From assembly GCA_034780895.1 (NCBI GenBank), contig JAUZTB010000068.1, positions 19,502,290 to 19,564,527 of the forward strand: DNA of 62,238 nt. Direction: 5' to 3'. This DNA is from Rhynchobatus australiae (lineage: Eukaryota). The notes below the pieces were generated by a model that was not told the DNA's origin, searched no databases, and was given only the letters and a program-made list of their open reading frames with translations. Positions 27,729-40,937 of this stretch are shown here, piece after piece (within the stretch, counting starts at the first letter, position 1; every line of letters starts with the position of its first letter). Position numbers and translations under genes: made by a program.

Positions 27729-27767
27729 CAGTTAACGTTTCAGGTCCAAGACTCTTCGTCAGGACTG
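27729..27767 (-). ncRNA. Minimal type I hammerhead-ribozyme-like motif inside a Penelope-derived fragment (about 27670-27770)
   Basis: Minus strand reads CAGUC CUGACGA AGAGUCUUGGACCU GAAAC GUU AACUG: intact CUGANGA and GAAA cores, imperfect stem II, palindromic ACGU in place of stem III, stem I CAGU/ACUG. Confidence 0.55.
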
Positions 27768-30700
27768 ATTTTGATTTTCACCCACAGGGTTCAGCAAGTT
27801 GGGAGCCTTTGGTGTTCAAATTCATCTGAAGATGTTGTTAATAATTTAGATATTGTAGGACTTGAGAATTGTTTCGGGCCCGTTGATAACTCGGCGCCGG
27901 GGGTGGGGGGAGTCAGATTGTGTTAATGTTTCCGTCCTTTTCCCCAGCCTCCGTCTGAACGCAGCGGCAATGGGGAAAGGTAGCGCCTTGCAAAATGCTC
28001 GGTCCTGGTCAATAGAACCGCCAGTACTGTGAACAACACAGACGGAAACGGAACGGAGAGATTAAATGTTCTCCTTCCCAGGGAGATTCACCTTCTCGTC
28101 AGACGTGGGGTCTGGGTAGAGACTTCTTTCTTTAAACCGAAATTCAACGCCTCGGCAATGCAGATACACGAATGATTGCGTCGAGATTGATAGTGTGGCC
28201 CGGGTTTACAGTGAGGACAAAAATGTACATTATAGATTGTATCGAACAATTTCTTGCCATCGAACATTGGATAACATCGCATCAACTCGGTTCTGAGCTG
28301 TAAAGTGGACGGAAATTACGTGAGTTTGGGAGCAGACTTTTACTGTTCGAGACACTGCTTTTAGTAATGCCCTCGGGAAGAATAATGTAATTCTGAGAGT
28401 GAAATGGATGAGAGTAGACGAGCGACTGGGAAGGGTATTGGAAAAATCTGAGACGGGGCGAGAGATATAAACCGGAAAGGGGACAGAGACTAACGGGGAG
28501 GTGGGTGAAAGATGGAGGGGCGAGCGGTGACTGTCTGTTTATCATGCACTTTAGACTCAAAATCACGATCACACCTCTCCTCCTCTCCTCTCCGTAGTTC
28601 ACATTCACAAACGTGGCCCACAGACTCACAGCTGCCGAGATATTGAAGTCAATCCGAGGATTTATTGAAAGCCCGAATTATGTGTCGCGGCACACAAGCT
28701 TTTGAGAAAGCTGCAGTATTTCAGACGTAATTAAGATTTCTTTTCCGATAGTCTGGAATTACACGCCGACTCCGCCGACAACACAGAAGGCTGTCAGGAC
28801 TGGTTCCGTTTTCACAAAGTACACGCCATGCCCCTTAAAGAATGATTCATTAGACCCATGGCATTTTCGCAAGGCACAGGCGTAATTAAATATTCTTTGA
28901 TCAAATACTTAAAACGAAAAAAAAGTTTTCTTTCCAGTCAAATACTCCTTAGAAATGTGCACTGCTTCATCCCGAAGCAGTCAGTCGGTTTCCACGTCCA
29001 GACCCCAACATCTGGGTCTGAATTCGCGATCGAAGCAGAATTAAAAACATCTCCTAAAGTTCGGCTCGGTAGTTCTGCATCTTGAACCCGCCGGGCTCTT
29101 CTATATTATCTTCCTTTCGTGAATATAATGAACACATTTATTTAAGTCAACAGCTCACTGTTTTATTTGATTCCATCGCCATTCTATATTCTGGCCAAAT
29201 CCTACTGCTGCTCACCAATTAACTCATTTTCCCCGTCTCTGGGAGAAACCACAGAGGTGTTGGGCTGGCAATCCAATCTTCCTTAATTATGTAATTTAAT
29301 AATTATATCTCCTCAAATCTAACTCGTCTAACGTGATTATTTTTACAGCTTCTCAAACGGAATATTAAATATCGCAGGCACCGGCTGCTCAGCTTCACTA
29401 GGAGCAAAAAAAAACTTTCTTTTGTTCAGGCCCATGGAAACAATTAGACCAGCGTTAGGCAGTAAATAACCCGAACCAAATGTAAGAGACGGTTGTTTCC
29501 TGAGCGTTGCACATTTCCACACTGTTCAATATCTCAGCCGTTCCTTTCCCCAGTATTTTGCCCCTTGTTGATGATACATTTTGCCAGATAGACGGGAAAT
29601 GTATATTGCATACTTTTGGACGAAGAAAATTGATACCCGTTCTGAGTAGGAAAGGATAAGATTGGATATAAAACTATGTTCACTCTCCCTACTAAAGCAT
29701 AGAAGTCGCAAAATCCGTTTTCAATCCCTTTCACTTGACTTGGGGAATTTTCGCCAAAAATATTTGTGAAAGAGCACCCGATTTTTATTTAAATCTATTC
29801 CTACATCAAGCTGTGAGCACAGAGTTTAGCTAATATTTTATTAGTTACGTGAATAATAAATCACTGACGGCGTTAAAGTCACGTCAATGAGATGCGGGTG
29901 AATGGAATGGTTCTTTCAAGCCGGGCCGGAATTGCGTGGACCGGCTCCTGGAGAACCATTCTCACCAGGGGTAAATTGTCAGAGTGGGGGTGGGGGGGAC
30001 GTACACAAGTAAGTGGGGGATACCTGATACCTGGTCTGCCACCGAATCATGTCTTCGATTAAAGTAAGAGACTTTGGTCTGACCGATGCTTGAACAACTG
30101 CGACTGAGCGCTTGTGATCGGGGGTTAGAGAAGATTGTGCGTCCTGATATTGAAGTGGCCGGGGATCAGGACCTTATTCGTTAGTCCCCATCTGTAAACC
30201 CTCATGAAGACCGATAAACTTGCCTACAAATCCAAAGTGATTGTACGGGTTATTTTTGTAACAAAGTGACATCTTTAGATAGGGCTGTCAGTTATTCGTT
30301 ATATCTGTTATTTATAAAAGTTATACTGAAGTTCTGTGTAGAAATTGATGTCATCAATCATTTCACTTTACCCAAGTGCAGATGAATGATTTGCAGCCAG
30401 TGTGCAGTTGAATGAATCCTACTTGCATTTCACCTGGAATATCCTGAACATGACATGGTGGCGGGCTAGTCTGGGCTAACTTGACAGGTTAAGTTGCAGA
30501 GTTTTGTTTTTGAAAGTGTCCCTCTGTCTCTAAAACCAAAGCTTAAAACCGAAGGAAAATAATTTCTTTTCGCCATCAGTTGTGAGATGAGGTTGATTAC
30601 GGACCCCTCATTAACATTCAAGGAAAGGCCAGATGTAGTGATGTAGAACGAGCTGGGGCTGTTGTTCCGGAAAGGCGTTGGGGCAGATTAGCGGTCCAAT

Positions 30701-31854
30701 TATTTATGACGCGTTATACCTGAGCTGAAAGTTATTGATAATTAACAACAGCCACTCAGAATAACTCACCGGTTCCTAACTTTGGTGTCCAGCCATCGTC
30801 GTTTTGTTGGACATAGAAAGAGCAGGGAATGGCCAGGGAAAAGTTGAGTGGCTATAGTGGACATCACGATGGCTTTTACACATTTTCCCCACTCGGAGCT
30901 GATAGCACCTCTTTCCACCCAATGCTGTGTTTGAAACCATAAATAATTCGCCACCTGGATAAAATCTTCCTGAATTTAAGTCATTGGAATCTAAACTTTC
31001 GTCTCTCAGTGCGCAGTGAATTGCATTGAATTCGTAGTCAACCCTAAAATATAAAACGTGGCAAGCACAGTGGCCAACTGGGTACCACCGAGGGAAGAAA
31101 AGGGTTGGCTTTGGAAAGACAGAAGTCAACTGAACTTCGGTACAAAATCAGGGTACAACTGTCACCAAAACCAAGCTGAGTAAGATTCCCTGGAGGAATT
31201 TCATCCCGTCTGACTTCGGAGACATTTCGAAACCTGAACCAAATTTGATGTTGGCATCCAGGGAGGTAGGGTTTCACACTACACTAACTGCACTGAGGGT
31301 GAAGCTAGTCCAAGGCGCAGTTCTGAAACAGTGACCTGGAGCACAATATCTCAGTTGCGCGATTCATCAATTCCCGTCCCGTTTGCAAGAGGAACCATTG
31401 AATGAAGATTTTTGTACAGATGCGTTTCAATCATTGTTACTTAAAGTGAATTCCACATTCAGCTTTTGCCTTCAAGGCTTAGATACATACCCTTCAAGCT
31501 ACTAAATCTTGGACACAATTTCTAACCCGTTACCTAATAACGGTCTTCAAAATTACACAACATAATTATGTTGACGGTATAAAAAGGCCAGCGATTCTTC
31601 CAGGCAGATTGTTTCATTACTTAAATTCAAGTTATGTTTCATTAAAGCTTTTTGCTAAGTTTCCAAGGTGACATTCCATTACGTGTCATATTATGAATTC
31701 CGTACCCGCAGAATTACACAGGTGGGCAAGATTCCGCTTTTTAAAAGCGCATCTAGAACAACGAGGCCGTCCACCTGCTGCAAATATTGAGTCTTCCTTC
31801 GTGATTTTTTTACACTAAAGAGATATTGGAAAGGTCGAAGCCACTGTCGCCAGT

Positions 31855-32480
31855 CCCCCAGCCATTGCATCCCCTGGCAACTGTCTGAAGCTGAACCAGA
31901 CTGTTCGCGACCTTAGTGTCCTGTTTGACCCTGACTTGAGTTTCTGACTCTTACCTCCCTCACTGCCAATTTGATCCTCTGCACCATCACGCTGCCGAAA
32001 GCTTCACCCATCCCTCTGTCACTTCCATGCATGAATACTCCAATGCAGCATCAGCGGACTTTCCTTGTTGTATACTCTGTTCAGCCTTGAGGACATCCAC
32101 AGCTCTGCTGCCCGACCACTAACATCTATCATGTGCCAGTGACCCATTGACCATGACATGATGGCTTCACCACAATTCTAAAATTATCCTTTTCTTCGGC
32201 TACTTTAATTGCCGAGGCCTTCCCTAACTCTGCAATCCCCTCCAGCATTATAACCCTCTGAGAGATTTGCTCCTCCAGTTCTGTATGTTTGCGGTGGCTC
32301 CACCAATGGTCGCCCAGGCAAGGACTATTCCCTCTCTGCTACTTCACCTTTCCTTCCTCGTTCAAAACCCGGCCCGCTAACCAAACCATTGCCCGTTGAC
32401 TTTAATATCTCACAGGTGACTGGGCGTCACTTTTGTTTTCGTTTGGAAATGCTCATATGAAGATCCCTGAAAGGTTTTTA
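31855..32480 (+). mobile_element. Degenerate L2 LINE 3' portion
   Basis: LKLNQTVRDLSVLFDPDLSF-like segment (ctgaagctgaaccagactgttcgcgaccttagtgtcctgtttgaccctgacttgagtttc), then recognisable L2 blocks (tactccaatgc, ctctgctgcccg, cccctccagc). Confidence 0.65.
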
Positions 32481-33074
32481 TCCCGAATGCACAGCAGTTA
32501 GTCTGACACCACCTCGAGTGCCACTCACTCCGTGTCAACCCGCTGCTGCACTCCAGAGTCATTCATCGCCAATTAAAGCAAACTCCGCTCGGGTTTTACG
32601 GTTATGAACGGTCTTTGGCCGGGAAGTATCCCATCCATTTACATTTAGCGACAGGAACTGCAGGCTGGAATTTCTGTAGCATCGTTTGTGACTACTCCCT
32701 TGCTGAATGTAAAACCAGCTCCCTACCGCCAATTTCCCACCAGTAACTTGTTCATGTCAATGACCGAGTAGTTATAATTCTCAGTCGAAATGAGGAAGAG
32801 AAATAGTAGTGGGCCACTCGGCCCCTCCTGCCTGATCCTCCATGCAATACTATCTTTGATAGGCGCCATCCAGTACTCGCCCCATGTCCACTGATGCCCT
32901 TAATATCGAAAATCCGCCGATCTCTGTTTATGGATAAAATAGATCCGCAGTCCAATGTCGTTGGCGTCCTTAACGCGTAGAGCAATAAACTATTACTTAG
33001 CTCTTTATAGCACTTGTTTATATTTCTTCTGCGAGTGTGCCTAGCAGTTACTTTGGAATCTTCTTTCTGCCTAG

Positions 33075-33241
33075 AACTACTTGATGATGTCCTTGAAGGC
33101 CGGGAGTGCGTGAATTGCGGTGCTATGTCCACTCCACTGTGGCGGAGAGATGGAACTGGCCATTATCTGTGCAATGCCTGTGGACTCTATAACAGAATTA
33201 ACGGGATTAATCGACCCCTTATCAAACCTCTCAAACGGCTG
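33075..33241 (+). CDS. gata4-like: GATA factor coding exon 2, N-terminal zinc finger (CX2CX17CX2C)
   Basis: Acceptor ttctttctgcctag|AA, donor CTG|gtaaga. 167 bp, phase 1 to 0. Encodes (E)[55 protein letters not shown]. Confidence 0.98.
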
Positions 33242-34084
33242 GTAAGATACAGGAGAAGCGTGCAGCATAGCGAGATTGGAGGATTAGGTTGACGCACTGT
33301 TGACAGAAAGAAATCATTCTGTATTTTTTTAAACAATCATAAACACGTCACCTGAGTAATATTCTCAAAGCGGGCTCTGTCAGTGAATAAATGGCTCCCA
33401 CACGCCTGATCACCGCGATTGTTCAGCATGAGCTGCAGTTCATGATGAGCAGGGATTTTGTTTCCAATGCTTGTACTCGTTATACTTCAGCATTTGTTTT
33501 CGTCGAGTTAGAAGTCCTCGGGAAAGATTTAGAATATTTCCTTGTTTATAAACTAGTAAAGAAAGCTTAATTAATGATTTTTAAGGAAGACAGTTTAATA
33601 TGTGTATATTAACATTCTTATATGCCTTTTTTTAATTTTGTTTACCAGTTTTAATTCTTTGATAACTTTTGCAATCACTGGTTTACAGTCATTCGGGATT
33701 TGTTTAAAAGAAAAACATCCTTTATTATTAAAAATATCCAATAACAAGATTGAGCTTTGGAAAGCGCAGGTTATGAGACTATCGTTTTGTTAGCAGGAAA
33801 GAAAGCAGTGCTATAAAAGAAAAGTTCGTCTTTTACCCGTGTATACTTTATAGCTTTTAATGCCTGTCGAGGTACCTATTCCTTTAGCTTGCAATGATTA
33901 TTCGTTGCAATGATTATTCCAGTAACCGAGCGGAATGGGAGGATTTATCACTCTCTCCGCTCTCCTTTACTTATCACCCTCCATTGTGACAAGATAGGGT
34001 TTGGTGCCTTGAATATAGAAGGCTATTCTTATTTTTAAAAAAACAAGCACGAAACAGTTGAGCTTAAAACGGTAGTATCCAGGA

Positions 34085-35147
34085 AAATAAGAACATGGCA
34101 ACAAGGGAAGGCAATCTAGCCCTCCCTCCAGTCAATGAGTTTCTAACTGACTTTAACCTTGCTTCGGCTTTCCCTATGTTACTTTACATATTCATTCCTG
34201 CTATCAATCTCCGATTTAACATGAACAATTGAAATAGCTTCAATTGCTGTTCGAGGAAGAGAGTTTTAATCTACACGTGCTCTGCGTGTGGAAGTGACTT
34301 CTAGCTTNNNNNNNNNNNNNNNNNNNNNNNNNNNNNNNNNNNNNNNNNNNNNNNNNNNNNNNNNNNNNNNNNNNNNNNNNNNNNNNNNNNNNNNNNNNNN
34401 NNNNNNNGTGGAAGTGACTTCTAGCTTCGTCCATCCAAACTAAGAACCAGGAGCAGCACTGGGTCATTTGCCTCCACAAGCCTCCCCCGCCATTCAGGAA
34501 GATTATGGCTGATCTTCTACCTCAACAGTTTTCCTGTCCGATCACCATGCCCTTAATTCCTTCAATCCCCAGAAATCCACCGATCATTGCTCTGAATACA
34601 ATCAATAATGAAGTCGCCACAAGCTCATCTCAGTCTTAGAGAGGCTCCAGTTCTTCCATTCTGCTCCTTGCTCCTCGACTTCCCAACGAGAGCAAGTAGG
34701 TTATCTACATTTATCCCGAGTTCTCCAGAATAATTTAAATCAAACCGCTCCATTTACCTTTTAACTTCTAGTGAATGTAATATTTTAATCGTTTATCCTT
34801 GTAATTGAATTATTGGATTCTAGATATTAATCTGGTAAATCTAGATTATACTCGCTGCAAAGCCAATGTGTTCTTTGCAAGATGTTGCGCTAAAATTCCT
34901 CACAGACTCCAGGTATGGTCTAATGAGGGCTTCGTACAGAGGTTGTAAACCTTTGCAGTCCTGTCCATACCCCCAGTCTCCTGCCGTTCAGCTCATTTCA
35001 TGGCCAGTTCGATAATTCTCAGTTCCACGATTTTCAACTTTATCTAATAGTCTCATAAGAGGGAATTTATCAAATATCACCTGGAAGTCCAGGTAAAATC
35101 TATTGGCAGTCACCCGCCCGTTACTTTCGTTAGTTCTAAAAAAAAAT
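34085..35147 (-). mobile_element. Degenerate CR1 fragments in intron 2 (apparently continuing at about 35927-36050)
   Basis: Two CR1-type 3' ends (aagaacatgg..., aagaaccaggagcag...ccattcaggaagattatggctgatct) and decayed ORF2 blocks (actccaggtatggtctaatgagggc, tggaagtccaggtaaa). Confidence 0.55.
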
Positions 35148-35154
35148 AGTTTTG

Positions 35155-35919
35155 GAGACGCAGGAGACTGCAGCTACTGGAATCTGGAGCAAAAGATAAA
35201 CAGCTGGAAGAACTCAGCGGGTCAGGCAGCATCCATAGAGGCAAAGGAATGGTCAATGTTTCGGTCGACATCCTGCATCAGGACCGAGAGTATATAGTCA
35301 GGATCTAGAAGTGAGAGGGAAGGATGAGTCAGAGGCCGGTAGGTGATAGGAGAAACCAGATGAAAGGAGGGGGATGACGGGCAGATGGATCCAGGTGGGA
35401 GAGGCGGGGGGAGGAGGGTAACGAGTGTTAATAACGAGGAGGGTGGATGGAAAAGGTGAACAAAGGGAGAGAGAGAGACCTTTGGTGGAGTGGTGGGAGT
35501 GGGAAAGGGGCACATGAAATTGGAAAATGTAACCATTGGGTTGTAGACTACACACGCGGAACATGAAGTGTTGTTCTTCTAGCCTTTCCATCCTTCCCAT
35601 TACACGTACCCCCCACCCCTGCCCGTTATCCTCCCCCATCTGGTTCCATCTGTCCACCTCTGTTTCCACCAACCAGCTGCCAGCCTCTGTCTCAACACTC
35701 CCCTCCTGCCCATCATCCCACTGATCCCCCTCATCTGGTTCCACCTATCACCTGCCGGCTACTTCTTCACCCCTCCCACTCACTTCAATACACTGCCTAT
35801 CTTCCCTCCACACAGTCAGTCCTGATGCACGGTCTCGACCTGAAGCGTAGATCATCCCGTTGTCTCCACAGATGCTGCTCGACCCGGGAGTTCTTCCGGT
35901 AGCTTTTTTTGCTACAAAA
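35155..35919. mobile_element. Penelope-like element remnant with long inverted arms and a GIY-YIG C-terminal fragment
   Basis: About 35185-35400 is the reverse complement of about 35700-35915. Centre on the minus strand encodes RLEEQHFMFRVCSLQPNG, matching the C-terminal motif of the PLE GIY-YIG endonuclease. Flanked by agttttg at 35148-35154 and 35920-35926. Confidence 0.75.
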
Positions 35920-38900
35920 AGTTTTGTCAGACATTAGCTTTCCTTGGCAAATGCTTGTCGGTGGTCATTGCCTCCTATATTACGGACACTGGTAGTTTTT
36001 CAACAGCAGAGGTTGGACAACCTGGGCTACTATTCACTAGTTTTCCCTTCTCGTGCTTTTTCAAACCCCAAGAGGAGATAATTTAGCTTTTGGGCCATGT
36101 TCTGACAATCATGGTTGATCCATGTCTTAACTCCAGCTACCGGATTTGGTTCCCCAACCCTTGCCTAACGCAAATCTATCGAATTAGTCTCCCCACATTC
36201 TACACCATTAACATTCAAAACATTTAATCAGCTTAAATAAGTTTCTTATGAAAGTATTTCCGTGAGAACCGCTTTGTCCAGTAATCGAATGTCAAAAAGG
36301 ATTCTCCAGATATCTGTTAAACTGGAATAACGTAATGTTCTATGCCTGCAATACCTGGTCTTTATTAAGCAGTATTAGCAACTGGGTTATTTCTAGCCAT
36401 TTTAAACCCCTAAAGGAATGAAATGGTGCAAATTTTGTGGTTAGCAACCTTTAAGCTAAGCCACTTAACCAAGACAATTTGACGCTTGATGTAAAATGTA
36501 AATTTTTATCGGTTCCAAAAAGAAAACACATTATACAATAGCTTCCATTCGGATAAGGCCTAGTTGCAAAATAATGATTCCCTTACGGTTATCGTGACAG
36601 GCAAATATAATTTGTCATTCGAGCATTATAAGATAATTAATTCATATTCAGGAGGGCTTCACGTGGTTATGGCAGTTCCGAAGGCAATTCGCGCAGCACT
36701 ATTTGTTCGATGGCTGTGTAAATAAAAACCGTGAACTCCTGCACAAAAAGCATATTTTACGGAATGTTATTTTAGTTTTTAGGTCGAACAATCCAGTAGT
36801 TTCGATGCGAGAACTGCTCGAGCTCCTTGTGTTGTGAGTGCACGATAACAGGTCACATTATTCACACTGGACTTTCATGAATCTATTTTTGCAAGAGGGA
36901 TGATGATTTATGATGTAGCTATAATAAGTTTTTGTTTAATTTCTTGGAAATTGTTATCCTCATTTAAGCCACCCTTCCATACATCTGGAGAGCTCATTAT
37001 TAAAAACTTGTGGTAAAATAATTCTTCTCACTGGATCCTCTTTATCGGAGCTTAAACTTGCCCTGACTGAAATGCAGGACCTAGAAACACGTGAAAGATA
37101 GTTTGCTGCAGTGAATGGATGAACATAGCAAAACTGATCAAAAGAACGTTTGGCTGATTTGCTGGAGGGGATAGGGGTTAATTCTCAGCTACACGCCAGA
37201 TAATGACTTTGAGTTCAAACATAAAATAGGCCCGTGAAACACTTATTTTTGTAAAGTAATATCACTATCAAAGTAATTAATATTGTGTTCGGGTTCACCG
37301 GTGACGCTTATTTTAAACAAGTAACTGTTAATGTTTAAGGTCCCCAATCCAGTCATTAATCAGCCACCTGATAAAGAAAGAAGGAATTTCATTCACATGT
37401 TGAAATGGGATTTTTTAGCCTTTGGTTTATCAACGTGTAGCTGCTGCGATAATATAGTGTCTGTGAAATGTAACCTGGACGAGCCGTGGTTTACTTGGAC
37501 CACTCCCGGCTCAATGTGTGCTCAGTATGATGTCAACTTGTTAATGTGGTACCAGAGGGACAATATACTCATGTCCGTTACTCGGCTAATAAGATGAAGA
37601 TTAAAACAACATCTCAGTGTTTGCTTTATTGTTACTTTCTCACCGCTCGCTCGTAGAATAGAATCCGGAATCCAGATCAAATATGTGCTCAGCGCTGATC
37701 ATTGGCCAGGCCCACTAAACGGAAAACAAGATATTTGGTCAATTATTGATGAATTGTCAGTCCAGGTTCCAGATAAGCGTTGCCACCTGTTCACGATTAG
37801 ACAGGTTAATCCTCTCTTTGAATGTATGCTCCTGACATTTAAAAATATGCAAATCAGGCAGGGGTGGACTTTCCACTTTGACCCTGCTCCTTGCGATGCG
37901 AAAGCATTTTATTTATTAACGCCGTGATTATCAGAAAACACGAGACATGATCCAATGCCGTCCGCTGACCTCGTACTGCCTTTCCCAGCCGGAGACGGCA
38001 AAATGAGCGTCAATTCCTCTGAAGGAAAATATTGTCTTCCTCTGCTACGTTCCTGCTTCCCTTATTCCGTCCTAAGATCATTGTGGGCGGAATTAGCTGT
38101 AACACGACATGGTTTTCCAACCCAAGGCAAGAAGGAGCAGGGGGAGTAAACCGGAGGGAAAGGAAAGGCAAGCCATTTGTATAATAAACCGGATTTGGTA
38201 GCCGCAGTTCTCCAAGGGATATCTAATCTGTTGGGGAATTGTACTGATGAAGAGAAAGGCGAGCGAACACAAACAGCAGACTCTCCCCTCCTGTGAAGAA
38301 TATGTAACTGACTGATGTTTAATGTGAAAATAAACAGGCGTCAAATAGGAATAGATCCAAGGGTGTTTCAGTTATTGAGCTTACACATTCCGTTGCAGTA
38401 TTGCCATACTTCTCCCCTTTTCCTGGAATAAGCGCGCCCTCGCCAAATAGAACACAACTGTGTTCTTTCACATCTTTGCCTCGCAAGTTGTGATCAGACC
38501 GCTGGCAAATTGGGAACTGCAAATGAAGAAAAAAAACACTTGGCAGAAACGGCGATATTCAACAGGTTTCTGCTTCTGAATTCACACGTAGGTCAATTAT
38601 ATTAACCAGTCTTCTGCAGTAACTCATTAGTATTATTGTTGTCCCGGCACACCTTGGAATAACAAAGCTGCCCCCTCAGCCTTCGATAGAACAGTACACG
38701 CCCTTCTTGAGGTCAACCATTTAAAAGCACATAACTAACAAAGGCCACTATGCATTATTAAAGTCTAACAGCTAGTCTTAATAGCTTTACTTATTAAGCA
38801 ATAGTCAATATTAAGGTATATTGGCTTGACTGTCAGATAGGTTAAATGATTTACGGATGAGACCAAAGGTCCAATATGTCATTGTTCTGTCAATACGTTG

Positions 38901-39157
38901 GATACAACTTAAATGGTTCTTGAACCAAGGCAACCTGTGGTGCTAAAGGTTACTGTGAACCAGAGAGCCATTGGCAAAGTTGTTTCTTGGATTCCTAGAA
39001 AGTCTTGCACAATAGCAGAAACCAAGCTTTTCAGTCTGGAGATTGAAATTTCCTCTCTATAATAAATGTTCCTCCTCATTTGGAAAGTACAGAGAATAGA
39101 GATTTATTTCAAAATGCCTGTTATTCGTGGACAGTAACGACGTCGTTTCTCTTTTAG

Positions 39158-39364
<207 letters not shown>

Positions 39365-39959
39365 TAATCAACACCCACACAGTTTAAGGCAGTGTCACCT
39401 CGGTTTGTTCGGTAGATGTTAGTCCTCGACAGAGAGATAATTTGGACTCCAGAAAACTGAAGATGTTAAAAAAAATGCTGACGCTGGTAAACTGAGGACT
39501 GAATTTAACTTTGGTTTCGGCTGAGAACAAAGGCACCGCCTTGGGCTGTTTAAGTACCCTGGGTCTATGTAGAAATAAGATGATGGACCTTAAATCAAGA
39601 CTTTTGCCAGGTGGGTTTGCGCCCCCCCCCCCCCCCCGAATCACCTTCCTCGACTGTCAATGCCCCGAAAATGAAACTTCCAGTGTNNNNNNNNNNNNNN
39701 NNNNNNNNNNNNNNNNNNNNNNNNNNNNNNNNNNNNNNNNNNNNNNNNNNNNNNNNNNNNNNNNNNNNNNNNNNNNNNNNNNNNNNCCAGTGTTATTCAC
39801 TCGGTTTCTTTTACAGCTCGGAGTTTTATGGAGGTGCATAACCAATACAATTATAAAATGTTTTGTTTGCTAAATATGATGTATCAGTTCTAAGGTCAGG
39901 TAAGCAGATATTGGCAGGGGAAGACACACACACGCACACCATCTGAAGATCATTTTCGT

Positions 39960-40330
39960 AGGGACTCAGGTAGCCGAGTCAGCAGGCCGGGGGCTGGAAT
40001 TTCACAGTGTGAACTGAACCACAGGCTGGAAGAACGGTGAAGTACCGAGGCAGGTTCGTCCTGCCGCCTCTTGCGTGAGTTGTGACGCCGGGACACTATC
40101 TGCTCCCTCTGACGGACATAAATGATCTCATGGCACTGTTCTGAAAGAGAACAGAGGCGACATCCCCGGTGTTTGCTCCTCAATCAACACCAATTAAAAC
40201 AAATTATCCGATCGTTATCACATCGCGAGAGTGCGCAGCGCAAAACTCCCCGACCCAATTCTCCCAGCTGAGACCGCCCTGGAACACGCCGTTGGCTGTA
40301 AGACGCCACAAGTGCAGACTTCATTTTTCG
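39960..40330 (+). mobile_element. Deu-domain SINE in the intron between coding exons 3 and 4
   Basis: ctctgacggacataaatgatctcatggcactgttctgaaagagaacagagg...tccccggtgt...cctcaatcaacacc...ttatccgatcgttatcacatcgc is homologous to the 14298-14695 copy. Confidence 0.6.
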
Positions 40331-40849
40331 TTCAAAATTTTATTCTGATAGGAATTTAAACGAAAATGAAAAAAAAACCGCTCGCTGCACTTGACTAAGG
40401 CCAAGAGTGCAGAGATGAAGGCGCCACACACATGTTGTAACACCACATGCCACAGCGGTGTTATTTCTTGAATAAATATGTACAGTCCTCCTATTTTAGT
40501 TCAGCGCGTTATCCACATACCAGCTCCTAATTTAAAGATAATCGAGAGGCGAAGCGACTGAGCCACAGCCTGATTTAAATTCCAGCATTTTGTTTCTAAA
40601 TGGATCCAGGGTATGAATTACACGGCGCCACCTGACACGTGAATGAAGTGACACTGTCGGGTCCACGTCAGTCTCATGCAGGTTTAGCATAATTGTCGAG
40701 TGCACGTCACCTCCACACTGACTCAATATGGTAGATCAAAGGTAGTGATAGTTACAGCACAGGAGGCCGCTCGGCCCACCGGGACTGTGGTCTGTCCTTT
40801 CCTCACACTTTGCTTGGCCGTTTCACCGAATTTTCGCTTCGCCTGATAG

Positions 40850-40937
40850 ATACCGCGACCTTTAGCAATGAAAAAAGAGGGAATTCAGACCAGGAAGCGG
40901 AAACCAAAGAATGTGAACAAAGACACATCCTCCGCGG
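40850..40937 (+). CDS. gata4-like: GATA factor coding exon 4, basic region / NLS
   Basis: Acceptor ttttcgcttcgcctgatag|ATA, donor GCG G|gtaagc. 88 bp, phase 0 to 1. Encodes [29 protein letters not shown]. Confidence 0.97.

Noticed and set aside
34288-34427. 20-bp direct repeat gtggaagtgacttctagctt flanking a 100-N gap; similar repeats flank gaps at 2500, 8958, 11922 and 39687
   Set aside because: Identical sequence on both sides of fixed-length 100-N gaps indicates overlapping contig ends (scaffolding artefact), not target-site duplications or CRISPR-like repeats.
36600-37940. Eight WGATAR sites in intron 2
   Set aside because: Only about twice the rough chance expectation for AT-rich DNA over 1.3 kb; not supportable as an enhancer without conservation data.
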